From positions 186,001 through 250,000 of the forward strand of contig JAKMXF010000295.1 in the NCBI GenBank assembly GCA_024704765.1: a stretch of DNA of 64,000 nt, given 5' to 3'. The notes below the pieces were generated by a model. It saw nothing but the letters and a program-made list of their open reading frames with translations, searched no databases and was not told where the DNA came from. The DNA comes from Oopsacas minuta. Its lineage: Eukaryota > Animalia > Porifera. A program made the position numbers and the translations under genes. The stretch's first letter is position 1, and every line of letters begins with the position of its first letter. Positions 39,265 through 51,882 of this stretch are shown here, in pieces.

Positions 39265-42200
39265 ATAAATCTGACATGAGTATTTAATAGTGATGTTGAA
39301 CGAATATCATTTTAAAATAATCGGTTAAACTCAATTATCATTATTCTGCCTTTAATTACTAGTACTCTCCTGTATTTTCATTTATCAAATGAAATCAAAT
39401 TAGATATAATAATGAGTTAATGATTAATAATGAAGAAATCCTAAAATCTAAAAATTTATTATTACTTTATCTCTTGCTTCTTGAAATATGACTTTAAGAT
39501 CATTAAGCTATCAACCGTGATCTCAACTTCGTTACAACAAGTCCTGCTGCTGAGAAAGCACGTTCTGCCTCAACGCTTGTCAGAGGAATTGTATTCAGTA
39601 CTTCCTCTATAGAAGAAATATTTTTGGATTTGTCTCCAGTGGCTTCAAATAAGGCCATTTCCTTTATCAGAGATAGAAATCCAATATCTTCTTTCGGGGT
39701 TCTTACATGAGTTGTAGAATTTTGTATTGCTCTTTTTAATTGGTCATCAAGTAATATCGGAAAGCTACGTATTTCAACGTCTTCAATGTCTTCCGAAGTC
39801 TCCTGAGAATTTAAAATTACACTATCGAATTGTTCAGTTCCATCCTGTGAATACANNNNNNNNNNNNNNNNNNNNNNNNNNNNNATAAATCTGACATGAG
39901 TATTTAATAGTGATGTTGAACGAATATCATTTTAAAATAATCGGTTAAACTCAATTATCATTATTCTGCCTTTAATTACTAGTACTCTCCTGTATTTTCA
40001 TTTATCAAATGAAATCAAATTAGATATAATAATGAGTTAATGATTAATAATGAAGAAATCCTAAAATCTAAAAATTTATTATTACTTTATCTCTTGCTTC
40101 TTGAAATATGACTTTAAGATCATTAAGCTATCAACCGTGATCTCAACTTCGTTACAACAAGTCCTGCTGCTGAGAAAGCACGTTCTGCCTCAACGCTTGT
40201 CAGAGGAATTGTATTCAGTACTTCCTCTATAGAAGAAATATTTTTGGATTTGTCTCCAGTGGCTTCAAATAAGGCCATTTCCTTTATCAGAGATAGAAAT
40301 CCAATATCTTCTTTCGGGGTTCTTACATGAGTTGTAGAATTTTGTATTGCTCTTTTTAATTGGTCATCAAGTAATATCGGAAAGCTACGTATTTCAACGT
40401 CTTCAATGTCTTCCGAAGTCTCCTGAGAATTTAAAATTACACTATCGAATTGTTCAGTTCCATCCTGTGAATACAATTGTGAAAGGATCATTTTCATTGT
40501 TTTTTGCACTTCTTTTCTTTTAATACACGGATCCTCCCTTATCTAATCAGGATTCAATAAATATTTCATCATAACATTGATAAGATTAGACTGCCACCTC
40601 TCGTTAAATCTTTGTCTTAGGTTCTGCAATAATTGTAAGGAGAACTCTGAACCAACCATTTCAAGTTTCTGGATCATAAAATAGAATATCCCTTCTGCGC
40701 TGAGTAAATTTGCGTCACGCTGGCATAGAGCAGATATTCCCATTTCGATGGGTTTTAAACAACTGCAAATGTTTTCCAACACTTGCCAATCAAGTTCACA
40801 AACATCCATGTTTAAATTGATGTCGATCATTGCTTTGCATAGTGGTTTTCTTACAGTTAACAATCGATTAATCATACTAACTAAGCTATTCCACCTAGTT
40901 TTGCAATCCATGACTAGATTTGAAGTTTTTCCTAAATCTTCCTTTATGTACGACTGAAGTACTTCATTTTTTAATGAGGACTTTCTAAATATACGAACGA
41001 TATTTCGAAACTTAACGATAACAGTTTCTATATTTATTTTCAAAGGCGGGATAAACATGTCTTCATCAATTTCACCGTCATCTTCATCTGAGAAAATTGA
41101 TTCACCCTCAGTATCTTCTGCACCACAAAGGCCATCATTATATGAGTCAGAGATAGTTGACTGAATTTGAGATATGCCAATTGGCTCTTCGTCCGTTCCT
41201 TCATCATAAATAGGAATCCTATTCTTGGAGCATAATACTGCAACTACTGCTAAATGTACCCCGTGAGCCAAACAAAGTTGCTGATCATTACCACTTAGTC
41301 TTCCCATCTTCACCATGACAGGGGCCCCATCACAGGTGATGCTAACAATATGCTTCTGCCACTCAATATTGAATTCAATCAATATCCTTTCCAAAAGCTC
41401 AAGAACCTTCTCAGCTGGCATCTTTCCATAAATACGCTTCATTCCAAGGTTCCAAAAGTTATTGATGCTATGTATATTGACATTCATATACCGCTTATTT
41501 TAGATAGAAGTATATTTGTCCAAGGACACGCTCATCCTTTTTCCATTAGCAAGTAAAAACAGTAACTGAGAAGTGATCACTCCCTTAACATGATTTGCAT
41601 ACCTCAAAACCATTCTTGAAACTGCAGAATGGTCTGGAATGGGGTGAAACCCTATTCTTGTAACGAAGAACGGATAAATTTACTTTGACTGATTTTCAGA
41701 TAACTGAAACAATCCTCAGCAGCTAACCTAGCAATTACCTCATCCAAACTTTGTTTTTTGGAAAATAATGGTAACAAACTTTGAGTACTATGTTTCTTCG
41801 AAGGGGGCTCGTTGTCAGAAATGTGATTCAGGCCCAAATGGATGTTATGTAACAAAAGATGATTTCTTAACCCAGTAGTTGTACTGCCTTTACAACTTAC
41901 ATTCTTCTTACAAATAAGGCATTTGGCTTCTTCCCCATATTTCTCGAAATGTTTCCACACCTCAGACCTTTTAGCCATAATACCGTACAGTATTGTAAGT
42001 ATAGAAGTAACGATTTATAGAAAAGCTGAAATATTCAAAATTATGCTGCAACAAATACGTCTACAGATAATTATACATATAAATATGCGTATCGCCGTAT
42101 GCCTATAAACTACTATATCTAGCAATTAGGTCTCTAGCAGTTAAAACATAATTCAAGGATACATAGAATGACAATTGTGTAATTTTTTAATAGAAATTCC

Positions 42201-42344
42201 AATAGAAACTTTATTGTTGACTAAAAGGTGAAATTTTGAAAATAACCGATTAATCAGAGTAAAATAATCGGTTATCGATAATATAAGTAAAAATTCAATA
42301 ATCGATTAAATAATCGAATATTTACTAATTGGTTACCATCCCTA
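39265..42344 (-). mobile_element. hAT transposon with BED zinc finger (pseudogene); 3' TIR not found
   Basis: MAKRSEVWKHF..AKCLICK..STTTGLRNHL (BED finger), SITCDGAPVM, CLAHGVHL, CKTRWNS and TSVEAERAFS (dimerisation domain). 5' terminus TAGGGATGGTAACC at 42344. TAATCGGTT subterminal repeats. Confidence 0.9.
39856..39884. other. Assembly gap (29 N) flanked by a 591-bp direct duplication
   Basis: 39265-39855 appears identical to 39885-40475 by eye. Confidence 0.95.
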
Positions 42345-42796
42345 GTATTCAACATATTAAATATATCAAATATAATTCTGATAAGACTCCCACCGTATTC
42401 ACTAAGAAGTTCAGACAAGTTCGAACTTAGCCCTATTTACTAAGTGTTAAGTTTGAACTTCAGTACACTTTTTGCTACTATGGTTCATAAAACATTTCTT
42501 ATTGACACGAATCGCTTGGTATCAGTAATTAGTATCACTCTCCCATAACGGACCCATCTTATATATTTTTATTCCTCAATCCTATTTACTGTCCTGAATA
42601 TTTTCTAATATTGTGACCAAGTATTGAAATAATTGCCAATATTGCATTACAGGGGCGGCATACCCGGCACGGCTGGTGTTGCGAGCGCTCGTCCCACTTT
42701 TGAGAGTGGTCCGGGTCGCCGGAACACTGAATTATTCCTAGCTCTGCTATACCCTCTATTGGGTCGATATATACAATTCATGAAAAATATAATAGT

Positions 42797-42972
42797 TGCA
42801 GTGCAAACGCGAGAATGCTCAAGTTTGATTAACTTTCGATTACTCAAGTGTAAACGCGAGTAGTTGTAATAGAATATTGTGCTATATTTAGATACTACAA
42901 TATTCTATTACAATTCTACTCGCGTTTACACCAGTGTGAACACGTGTACGTCAATCTCGCGTTTACACTGCA
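42797..42972. repeat. Nested inverted repeat / hairpin, MITE-like
   Basis: Outer arms TGCAGTG(C/T)AAACGCGAGA. Inner arms of about 33 bp (42848-42880 / 42897-42931) around a 16-nt loop. Confidence 0.8.
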
Positions 42973-43819
42973 GATAATGTTTTATATCTACTTACATAAC
43001 TGTACACATTTAGTCACAGGTTGTAAGTTAAATTTCTACCTAAACATTTTAATTAGCGCGAAGTCGCCGTACTACATATGATAACTGATGCGTCGTTGCC
43101 GGACAACATTCGAATATCGTAAATTTCTCATTCCACCACATTTGAAGGGATGTACTCGCGGCCTCCATTACATTGCTTACTAATAGATTTGTGACACATA
43201 TATATGTACGTTAGTGTATTGAGCTGTAAAAATTCTATATATATATATATATATTCTATTTATAGAATCCATATGGCTTAATAAGAACGAAGAAGTGAGA
43301 CTATATAACTAAACTTGAAAGAATCACAAAATAATTACAATTTCACTAAACTATTTAAATTAATATATATTCAGTTGTATATTCAATGTAAATAATAGCA
43401 TTGAGGGAAATGACAAGTATGTGGGAAATAGGTGTCTTTCAATAATTTTCTGAACTTTGTAATACCCTATTAGGAAATTTCCCTTCGAATTGTAAAAGTC
43501 TCACCATAAAATAGTGTTATTTACAACAGATAACCTCGTAACCGAGAACCTGAAAATATTTTCTTGAATGCATAAAATAACGAATGTACCTCGATAACCG
43601 GTGAAAGTCAGAGCATTAAAGGAGTGAGACCTCTAGAGCGCTCCAGTTATGAAGGAGCTGGCACACCGGAGCTCGTGGTCCAATTTGATTCACAACAATT
43701 TACAGATTTCGTCGTCAATCTGCAAAGAATTAAATATTCTGCCTAGAAAAGGCGAGTCTGAGACACTTTTGACAATTCGCATAACATACATATGTATGTA
43801 TTTGTTGAAACTGTTTTGA

Positions 43820-44340
43820 TGTTAAACATTTAACAATTTCCTGGATGTAAATTTGCCCAATTCGGTACTGATATTATCTATAATAAATATCTAATGTAAC
43901 TCTTGAAGGATGAGAGGGAGATGAATTGGATTGCGCTCCATTCAGGGTAGTAGTGAACGTGTGAGAAAATGAGGAGCGCTTAATTCTCTGGTGAATGCAG
44001 AATGTGATCTAATAACGACTTTGCAAATTTTATTTACCCAATCTCAACCAAAGAAGTTAGATTGCCGATTCAGTGAATTGGGTGGACTATTTGTATTGTT
44101 GAATTATGATATTTTATAGAGCAAAGAGATACACATAAATCAAGGAAATATCGTATTCTATTCTAGCTTGTGAGAAATCCAGCAGATCCAGAATTATTGA
44201 ATCAACTTGGGTAATCTGATCACATGGTCAGAAATAGACCATACAGATAGTATTAATTCACTCCCGTTAATCGGATGAAAACGGTGTGGTGCAGATGTGC
44301 TACTATCAAGCGGAGTCTAGACTGTTAAAATGCAGGTCGG
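43820..44340 (-). mobile_element. LINE (CR1/L2-like) endonuclease remnant, copy 2
   Basis: TCILTV*TPLDS, QIVHPIH*IGNL and LLDHIL resemble the APE motifs VY.PP, PTH..GN.LD and SDH. Homologous to 17160-17700. Confidence 0.5.
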
Positions 44341-44598
44341 TATGTGGGTATGTCCTGACGTCATGATTCTGACCAAAAGCTAACTCATCATGGGATTATT
44401 ACTTCATCATCACTGCACAAAAAATCAAAAATTTCAGAATTTCTTAATTCCCGCGCACGAAGTGCCGAGATTACTAACCAAGAGCGATATAGCATCTCCA
44501 GTGTCACAACAGAAGGCCATTCAATGTAATTTGAATGGACCATGGTTAATATGATACTAAAATTTTTAACTATTAAGTGAATTCGATGCACGTAGTGC

Positions 44599-44802
44599 CA
44601 GCGATGTTTTCCTACGGGAACGCGTTCCCCCAGATATCACTAACACAGAAAAAACAAATTGTAGATTGCGTAAATTGTATTTCTCATTGTAGTATAGTAG
44701 TAACAACATTTGTAATTTAACATCTTATATAATTACAACATCATTTTTCGCGCCTAGGTGGATAGAGCGTTCCCCCACTTCTAAAATTGGGAAACATCAT
44801 TG
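44599..44802. mobile_element. hAT-type MITE (204 bp)
   Basis: Exact 8-bp TSD CGTAGTGC (44591-98 and 44803-10). Imperfect TIRs CAGCGATGTTTT / GAAACATCATTG. Confidence 0.85.
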
Positions 44803-46299
44803 CGTAGTGCCGAGTATATTATGTCGTGTAGCGACCAATAACACTATAAAATTTAGGCCCCCCAAATAATCTCCGAGCTTCCACATCATTACTCAAGCAC
44901 CAATAGCACGATGCCGCTGCTATGAATATCAGCAATTAAAGGGCCATGAATATAAACTTCTGAATGTCAAAATGGGTTGATTTATATATTATTTCACCAT
45001 CGGTTAACCAATAAACCGCCAGGACATAATGAGTAAAACCTTGCTAATAGGAACACGGTAAATACGAATTACATGAAAAGACCAACACATATTAAAACAA
45101 ATCAGTTCCCTTTACATTTCATGTTGTTTTTGTTTTACCGAAACTGAGTAGGGCTGCATTATATCTAATTGATTGTGAGTACACTATGAGAAATTATAAA
45201 CCACAAAACTTCACGCCAATGTTTGGAAGGATCGGGATATTTTCAGAATCCAGATGACGATCCTTCTTCTTCAAATGGATTGACGATCCTCTTCTGATCC
45301 TCAAAAGGAAATAAATCTGGATCGTAAGATATTTAACCGATGGGTCTTAATTCCCTTGTTGTGGGGCAGTAACCGTATGTACAAGTATGAAATTCATGTG
45401 ACGCACAAAGGGGACTAATTTCATATGTACTAGTTATAGCTTGTCTTAATAGGGCTGCGCCTCTAGACCCTACTGGGGGACCGGCCATAGCCATGATGGA
45501 TGATTATCTCCCACCAGATTCCCGTGTTGGCTACTGGCCCTCAACATTTGGATAACAACCGTTAAGCGACTCATGTATCTGAGGCTCTTATTGGACTGCG
45601 TGAGTTATAATTGATATTCATAAAAATGCTTCATCCATAGTCCCGAAAGTCAAGCAGGAGTCACCTTTATGTTGACAATGTGTTTGTATATTTTGTATAA
45701 TAATTAAATGCATCATTTAAGACATCAACTATGAAATGAAAGATGCAATATCTAACGTTATACGGCCATTACAAGCTATCAAGCAATCACATAATTTACC
45801 AAATAAATGCTTACAGCTTAATAGAGAAATATTTTGGCATATTTCTGAATGTTTTTAGCATTTAATAATTAATAATTTGTTATTGTACAATTACTGGTGG
45901 AAAGTTTCTGCAAAACAGAAATCCCCATATAAACCTCTGCCGAAACGACATCCATAGTCCAAAATTCACAATATAACCTGAGGTTTTATGTATAGTAGGC
46001 TATAAGGTAAGGGTATATGACTGAAGGAGTCGTTACCTAAGAATTCCCATTGTATAATAACAGATTTCTCATATTTGGCTCAAAGTGGAAGAGATAATTT
46101 GGCATTAAAAACAAAATGTGGAAAGTTGTGAAATCACATAACTTTCTATAAAGATTTTATGCAAGGCAATATGACTAATCGACTCCCAACTTATGACTTC
46201 CAATTAAACAATAATACATCTAATACAATGGGTACTCGAAAAGCTTTGTCGTTTATGTACAAATATAATAGGTATTACATATAATATGGTCACATTATT

Positions 46300-47370
46300 T
46301 CAAAATACTCGCCCTGACATTCTATCACTTTGTCATGCGTTTAAACCAGGTATCAAAGCACATTTTCCATTCTTCTTTGGGTATCTCCTCAATTGCTAGA
46401 AAAGTGGCTCGGTCAACTCTCGATTGCTGAAAAATCTCCTCCCACCAAGTTGATCTTTCAGCTTTGGAAATAACCAAAAATCGCAAGGGGCTAGATCTGG
46501 GCTGTAGCGTGGGTGGGGTAGCGTTCCGATCCTAGAATTCACTAAAAACTCACGAGTTCTTAGTGCTGCATGTGATGAAGCATTATCGTGGTGAAGCAGG
46601 ATTCCTCGGACACCTGACTTCTCACGTTGTTCTCCGATAGCACTGAATACTTTCGAAGACATATTGTGATATACCAGTCAGCGGTAACTGTCTTCCTATC
46701 CTCAAGTACAATTCCTAGAAAAAATCCATCACGTCTAAAGAAAATCGCACACATCTGCTTTCCGACTGACCTAATTCTCCGGACCTTTGTTGGTGGTAAA
46801 CCACCTTTTTCTTCGACCCACTCCTTAGATTGTCTCTTCGTTTCTGGGTCATAGTGGCATATCCCTGTCTCATCGCATGTGAGTAATTCAGAAACAGCTC
46901 TAGAAGTTCCATTAGCAAATCATTTAAGCATAGTTTTGCAAAAGTCCACTCGGCACTTTTCTGATCGGACGACAAAGAATGTGGGATCGAACGTGCACAT
47001 AAATTTCTAAGACCGAGCTCTTTATGTAAGATAACGTTTACACTCCCCGATGACAATCTGGTTTCATGTTCTAACTGAGCGTAGGTAACATGAGGGTCTT
47101 TTGTTACTTCGTCCAACACTAGCTCTACATTTTCGACCGTGTGTAATACTGCGCCTACCAGGACGGGAACCGTCTTCAAGAATAAAATTTACATGAATAA
47201 ACTCTTGAGTACCATCGCTCGACTGTTCTCAAAAAGGAGCTATATTTGGAAAGTGCTTCTGCAAAGTTTCGTGTATTTCCAAACGGCTCTCCTCAAGTTT
47301 GAACAAAATTAAAATCATCGCTCTAAAATTGCGTCTTGTGAGGTCAGATTCTGGTCGAGGAATCATACAG
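46300..47370 (-). mobile_element. Mariner (DD34D) transposase pseudogene, a separate family
   Basis: LCARSIPHSL, CDETG, LLHHDNASSH and HPRYSPDLAPCDFWLFPKLK motifs. Frameshifted; TIRs not identified. Confidence 0.88.
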
Positions 47371-49711
47371 GCCATAGCTTTTAGAAATCAAGCAATTCGA
47401 AAAGTACAAATGATAAACTGATGAAATTTATTGTGTAGGTGAATAATATGCGTCTAAATATATGTAAAAAAATCTTATTAGAAAGTATTTGTGGTGTGAT
47501 AACAAACGACAAAACTTTTCGAGTGCCCTTCGTAACAACACATTTGATAGTTCTAGAGATTACAATGGATCTGAGTTTGAAGATCCAAGATTGAGAGTCC
47601 ACAGTCATAGTATTTAGTAGTCTATGATATGTACATATCGTCCACATTATGGTAGTTAAATTAGCTCATTACTAAGTAAATTTCAATTAACAAACATGGT
47701 TACTTGTTGAGAACTATTGCTAAATAAGTATTGAGTAATCATTTGCATTCTAATAAGCCTGACATTCTAATTATCCCAATTTGGTTAACTCTCATATCTG
47801 ATAAGTCAAAACATTTTGAGAACTAACTCAGAGAGTTCTGAGATATCGCTTAGATCTTAGAACTTGTTACCAGAATAATCATACTCCAGACAAGTTTCTA
47901 GCTCTTACCAGTTCTTCAATTAATTCCAAACAATAAATATCGAGTTTAAATATATAATATACTAACTGATCAGTGTGGTTCTCTGCTAGTTCCGCGGAAT
48001 GCACAATTGCGTTTTAGTGTTAGCGAATGCTACGCGTCTACCGAAGCAAAAGATTTCGTTAGTCCCTGCAATATAGTATCACGCTCTAATCGAACTCGTC
48101 CTATCTCAAATTCTACTGATACAACACTTAGGAAGTGCAGATAATAATTAGATAGTATGAAAATATCATGTCAAAGTATCTACAGTATATTAAAATGTTG
48201 TGAATATATAATTAGAAATCTACCTGTCTAATTACTCCAAATATCCGTTGGAAGCAAGGTTCTAGAATAATTTTGAAAATTCATTTAAAGATGTAAACTT
48301 GATTAATCAACATATATCACCTAATATATATTCGCATAGGGCAGACTGAATCTATTGAAAATAGTAGTAGCTAAGTCAAATATTTAGCTGTAATGAATTC
48401 TATTATGTGAGATACTGCAATTTTGAAATCATATTCCTATTCAAGAGATATAGGGCTTTAATCAGTATTTTAGGTAAGGATTATAGAACAAGTCACCCCA
48501 TGTAAAAACTGATGCTAGTAAAAATTTATTGTCATATTTTTTTCACACTTGGTCAGTGGCCACTTGGCCATTTTGAGTAATATGTCTTGTTAGTTGGTTT
48601 CAGAATTTTAGATGGATAATTTTGATGAGATGTCTTCGATATGTATGCTGCATGTGTAAATTAAGATCACCACACAAAAGAGCGTATGGATTATGTAATA
48701 CAATATTTGTTGAGTAAGAATTTGCTATTTACTGACCTCTGTAAAGTCTGGAAAAGTTGTTTTTCAAATTTTATATTTTGACCTGTTTTTAACCCAATTT
48801 CTTTGGCTACAAATCTCAAAAATATTAATTAGACTCAATATCTAGCTTGTGGATATTAATATTACAGCTATTCTATATTTGCGACAATTTCTCAAAACAT
48901 TACGAACATCTAATAAACCAATTCTGAGATATATCCGCTTATCTGTGAAATGGGACGTTTGTTGAACATATCCCTCTCGATTTTTCAATTTTTCATAAAT
49001 GACCTAAACGATTACTATATACCAATTTCTCGGTATTATTCATGTACATTATTGTCGAAAGGTTTGCTGGGTATGGTTATGATAGTACTCATTAGCCATT
49101 ACTAAAATTCGAGACTTTATTATTCGAATTATGACGTTGAACAATGCGCCTATGTAGACGAAGCGGCAGGATCAACATGATGTAGCTGAAATGATTATTG
49201 CAAGGTTGTTATACTTAACTAGACATTACTTCTGTTAATTTCCCCCAAGTATACAAGTAGGTAGATTGAGTACAGTCAAGAAAGATAAATTAAGCACAAA
49301 TAGCAAGAAGAGAACAAGTTTGGAAATATCAAATTAAAGGAGAATTTTAATCCACCACCATATATTGTGCATGTATACTAAGTATGCTCATTCTTGAATA
49401 AATGTGCAGTTCTACAGTAATTGGTAATTTTTGGCCATATTTCCTAATTTAAGAGACTGTCCTTTTTGATGCATACTTCTTCTATTCTTATTATTCATCT
49501 TAGGGATTCGTCATTTTAGAATTAAGCTTATAATGAAAATATAACTAGAATTCTAGATGAATTTTAGAACATTCACCATGTTAACAAATTACAATAGTCA
49601 CTAGAATGGACAAAAAGAACAGAAAGAACGAAAGCGATTTTGGATAAAAGAAAAACGAATAAACTAAAGTGTATGAAATTTCACAAAATAGAGAAAATGT
49701 TAATTCATCAA

Positions 49712-50343
49712 CTAATCATATTTCTGTTTTCTATCCGGTCGATAAATTCCAACTACAACAGCGTGGTCTCGTTCATAAGGCTCCAAAGTCAACTGTTCTT
49801 GAGGTCTTATCATTTCTCGCTGTAATTTCATCAACTCTTCTGCGAAAACAGCTTCAGGTTGAGCAGTACTATCGATACAATTAGCTTTGATACTGATCAC
49901 AACATAACCTCGGTGCTTTAGATAGTAATGCGCATTAATACCAACTATTCTAGCTTGATCCGGTTGGGCAACATCAGCGAATATTGTGTCAACCATAGAA
50001 ACAATCATACGATACTTCTGAGGATGACGAGCGTCTTCGATTATTGGGATAATATTCGTACGTTTCTTTGCAACGTTTAATAAATCACGACCAGAACGTT
50101 GTGAGAATTCTACTGCAAATACCAATCCATTAGGACCGACGATATCAGAAACGTGAGAAACAGTAGTGCCTGAAGCAGCGCCTAAGTATAGTACTTTAGA
50201 ACCAGGTGCTATATGTATCCTATCAATGCCACCCAATATTGCTGCGGCTAATTTACTACGGAAAGGATTCCAAACTCTATATTCAGTTTTTCCATCTAAG
50301 TTGTCCTCAATGGTTATCCTCTTTTCGCCATAGACTGATTCAC
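49712..50343 (-). CDS. FBL: Fibrillarin (rRNA 2'-O-methyltransferase) coding exon 2
   Basis: [59 protein letters not shown] and [21 protein letters not shown] acceptor in phase 1; TAG stop at 49712-14. Confidence 0.98.
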
Positions 50344-51483
50344 CTAAGAAAGGTATAAATGCATTCAAAGAATATATAAATATGACAGTCTAATAAACAG
50401 AGCGAGAAACACAAAAGAAATATAGTGGGGCAGATAAGTTAAGAAGGGGTTCCGAAACTTGCTATACTGATGAGTATTGTGACCTCGATTATTTCAAGAT
50501 TTCAATAATTTGTTTACTTTATATCCATAATAACAACAATACATTTTCATATGAGAAACTTGATATTCGGATTAAACGTAGTTTGTTACCCCAGTATACA
50601 TGTAGGGAGCAAGTCTCTTCCAAAATTTTCAGATTTAGCAAATTTTTAGATGATGGTATATAATAAAATATCAAGAAAACAACACTAAATTCAAAGTATT
50701 AACCTAAGATAAAAAGCATACTGTGATTAGATAACAAATAGAATACAATGTACTTAACTTTTAGTACTTCTTTTCCGAGTATAATTCACTACACTTTGTT
50801 GCTTTGGGAATAAAATTTAGTACGTCGTATCCGAGAGTAGGCCTTAAATAAGCCGAGGACGTCTTAAACGAGATCTACTGAATATATTTTCTGGATGCGA
50901 TTACGTACGAGTGTGTTGAAGATAAAATATTTCACATATTATCAGAAACTAATAATTCAAATTGAATGCTAGTGTAATACATCCTCGGATAGAGCTTAAC
51001 GCAATGTTCTCATCGGGGACATTTGGACAGCATATTTAATCAAGAATTTGCTATCTTTACCTTGTCCCAGGATGATTTTGAATTCTTTGTTGTCCGATTC
51101 TTAAATTTTCGAGTAAACTTTCTAAATATTTCAACACATACATTTATCACACTTATCACTGGTTTAATAATTGTTTCTGAGTTACTAGCATAGGAATAGA
51201 GAATTTTACAGTTTCCGGAAGAAATACAATATAATCTAAGGAGTGAATCCAACAAATTCAATGGTTCTAAATGTGTCCTGGTTTTTAGTTCCTTTGGAAA
51301 GCAGTGGTGGTAAATGTATCTTCAAAGTTGTGGGTTTCTTCAAACAATCTTACTTGAAGTCTCACTTTGGTAAACAGGCCATACTCGCTACATTTACCGA
51401 ATATGCATTTTCCGGAACTGTGGGGGGGGGGGGCGATTAATTGGGGACTTTTGGGCTGTGCCCTTTCGACCAAATAAATATTA

Positions 51484-51882
51484 AATGACCCTAAAGCTTC
51501 TTGTACATCACATATTTGGACTCTAAAGGCCGAGCTGAGTCGAAAGAGGGGTCACTCAACGAGGTTTGGACAAAATTTGAGAAAGGAATGTTCCCACATT
51601 CCTGAGACATTATTCGCGATGCTATAGATGAGGTTTTAACAAATATTTTAAGAGATAATACATGAACATTTTATGAGAAATAAATTAAGGAATGGATTTC
51701 AATATAACGCTTTTCAGGCTTAAATGTACTGAAATTGAAATGTTTTGGTAGCAATCTGAATAATGTCTCAGGGATGTGGCAACATTACATGTTTTGTCAA
51801 ACCTCGTCAAGTGACACCGCTTTTCACTACGCTCGGTCTTTAGAGTCCATATAAATGCTTTACAAGAAGCTATTGGGTCATA
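51484..51882. mobile_element. Foldback/MITE with about 135-bp imperfect inverted arms, in the fibrillarin intron
   Basis: ATGACCC..AGCTTCTTGTA...GGACTCTAAAG.CCGAGC...GAGGTTTG...CCTGAGACATTATTC is mirrored on the opposite strand at about 51760-51882. Confidence 0.75.

Noticed and set aside
43820-44340. NHL-repeat host gene fragment
   Set aside because: APE endonuclease motifs in the expected order and a second dispersed copy favour a LINE remnant.
49640-49884. Short + strand ORFs antisense to fibrillarin, and similar antisense ORFs over par-6 and the transposases
   Set aside because: These are shadow ORFs of the real coding strand with no independent support.
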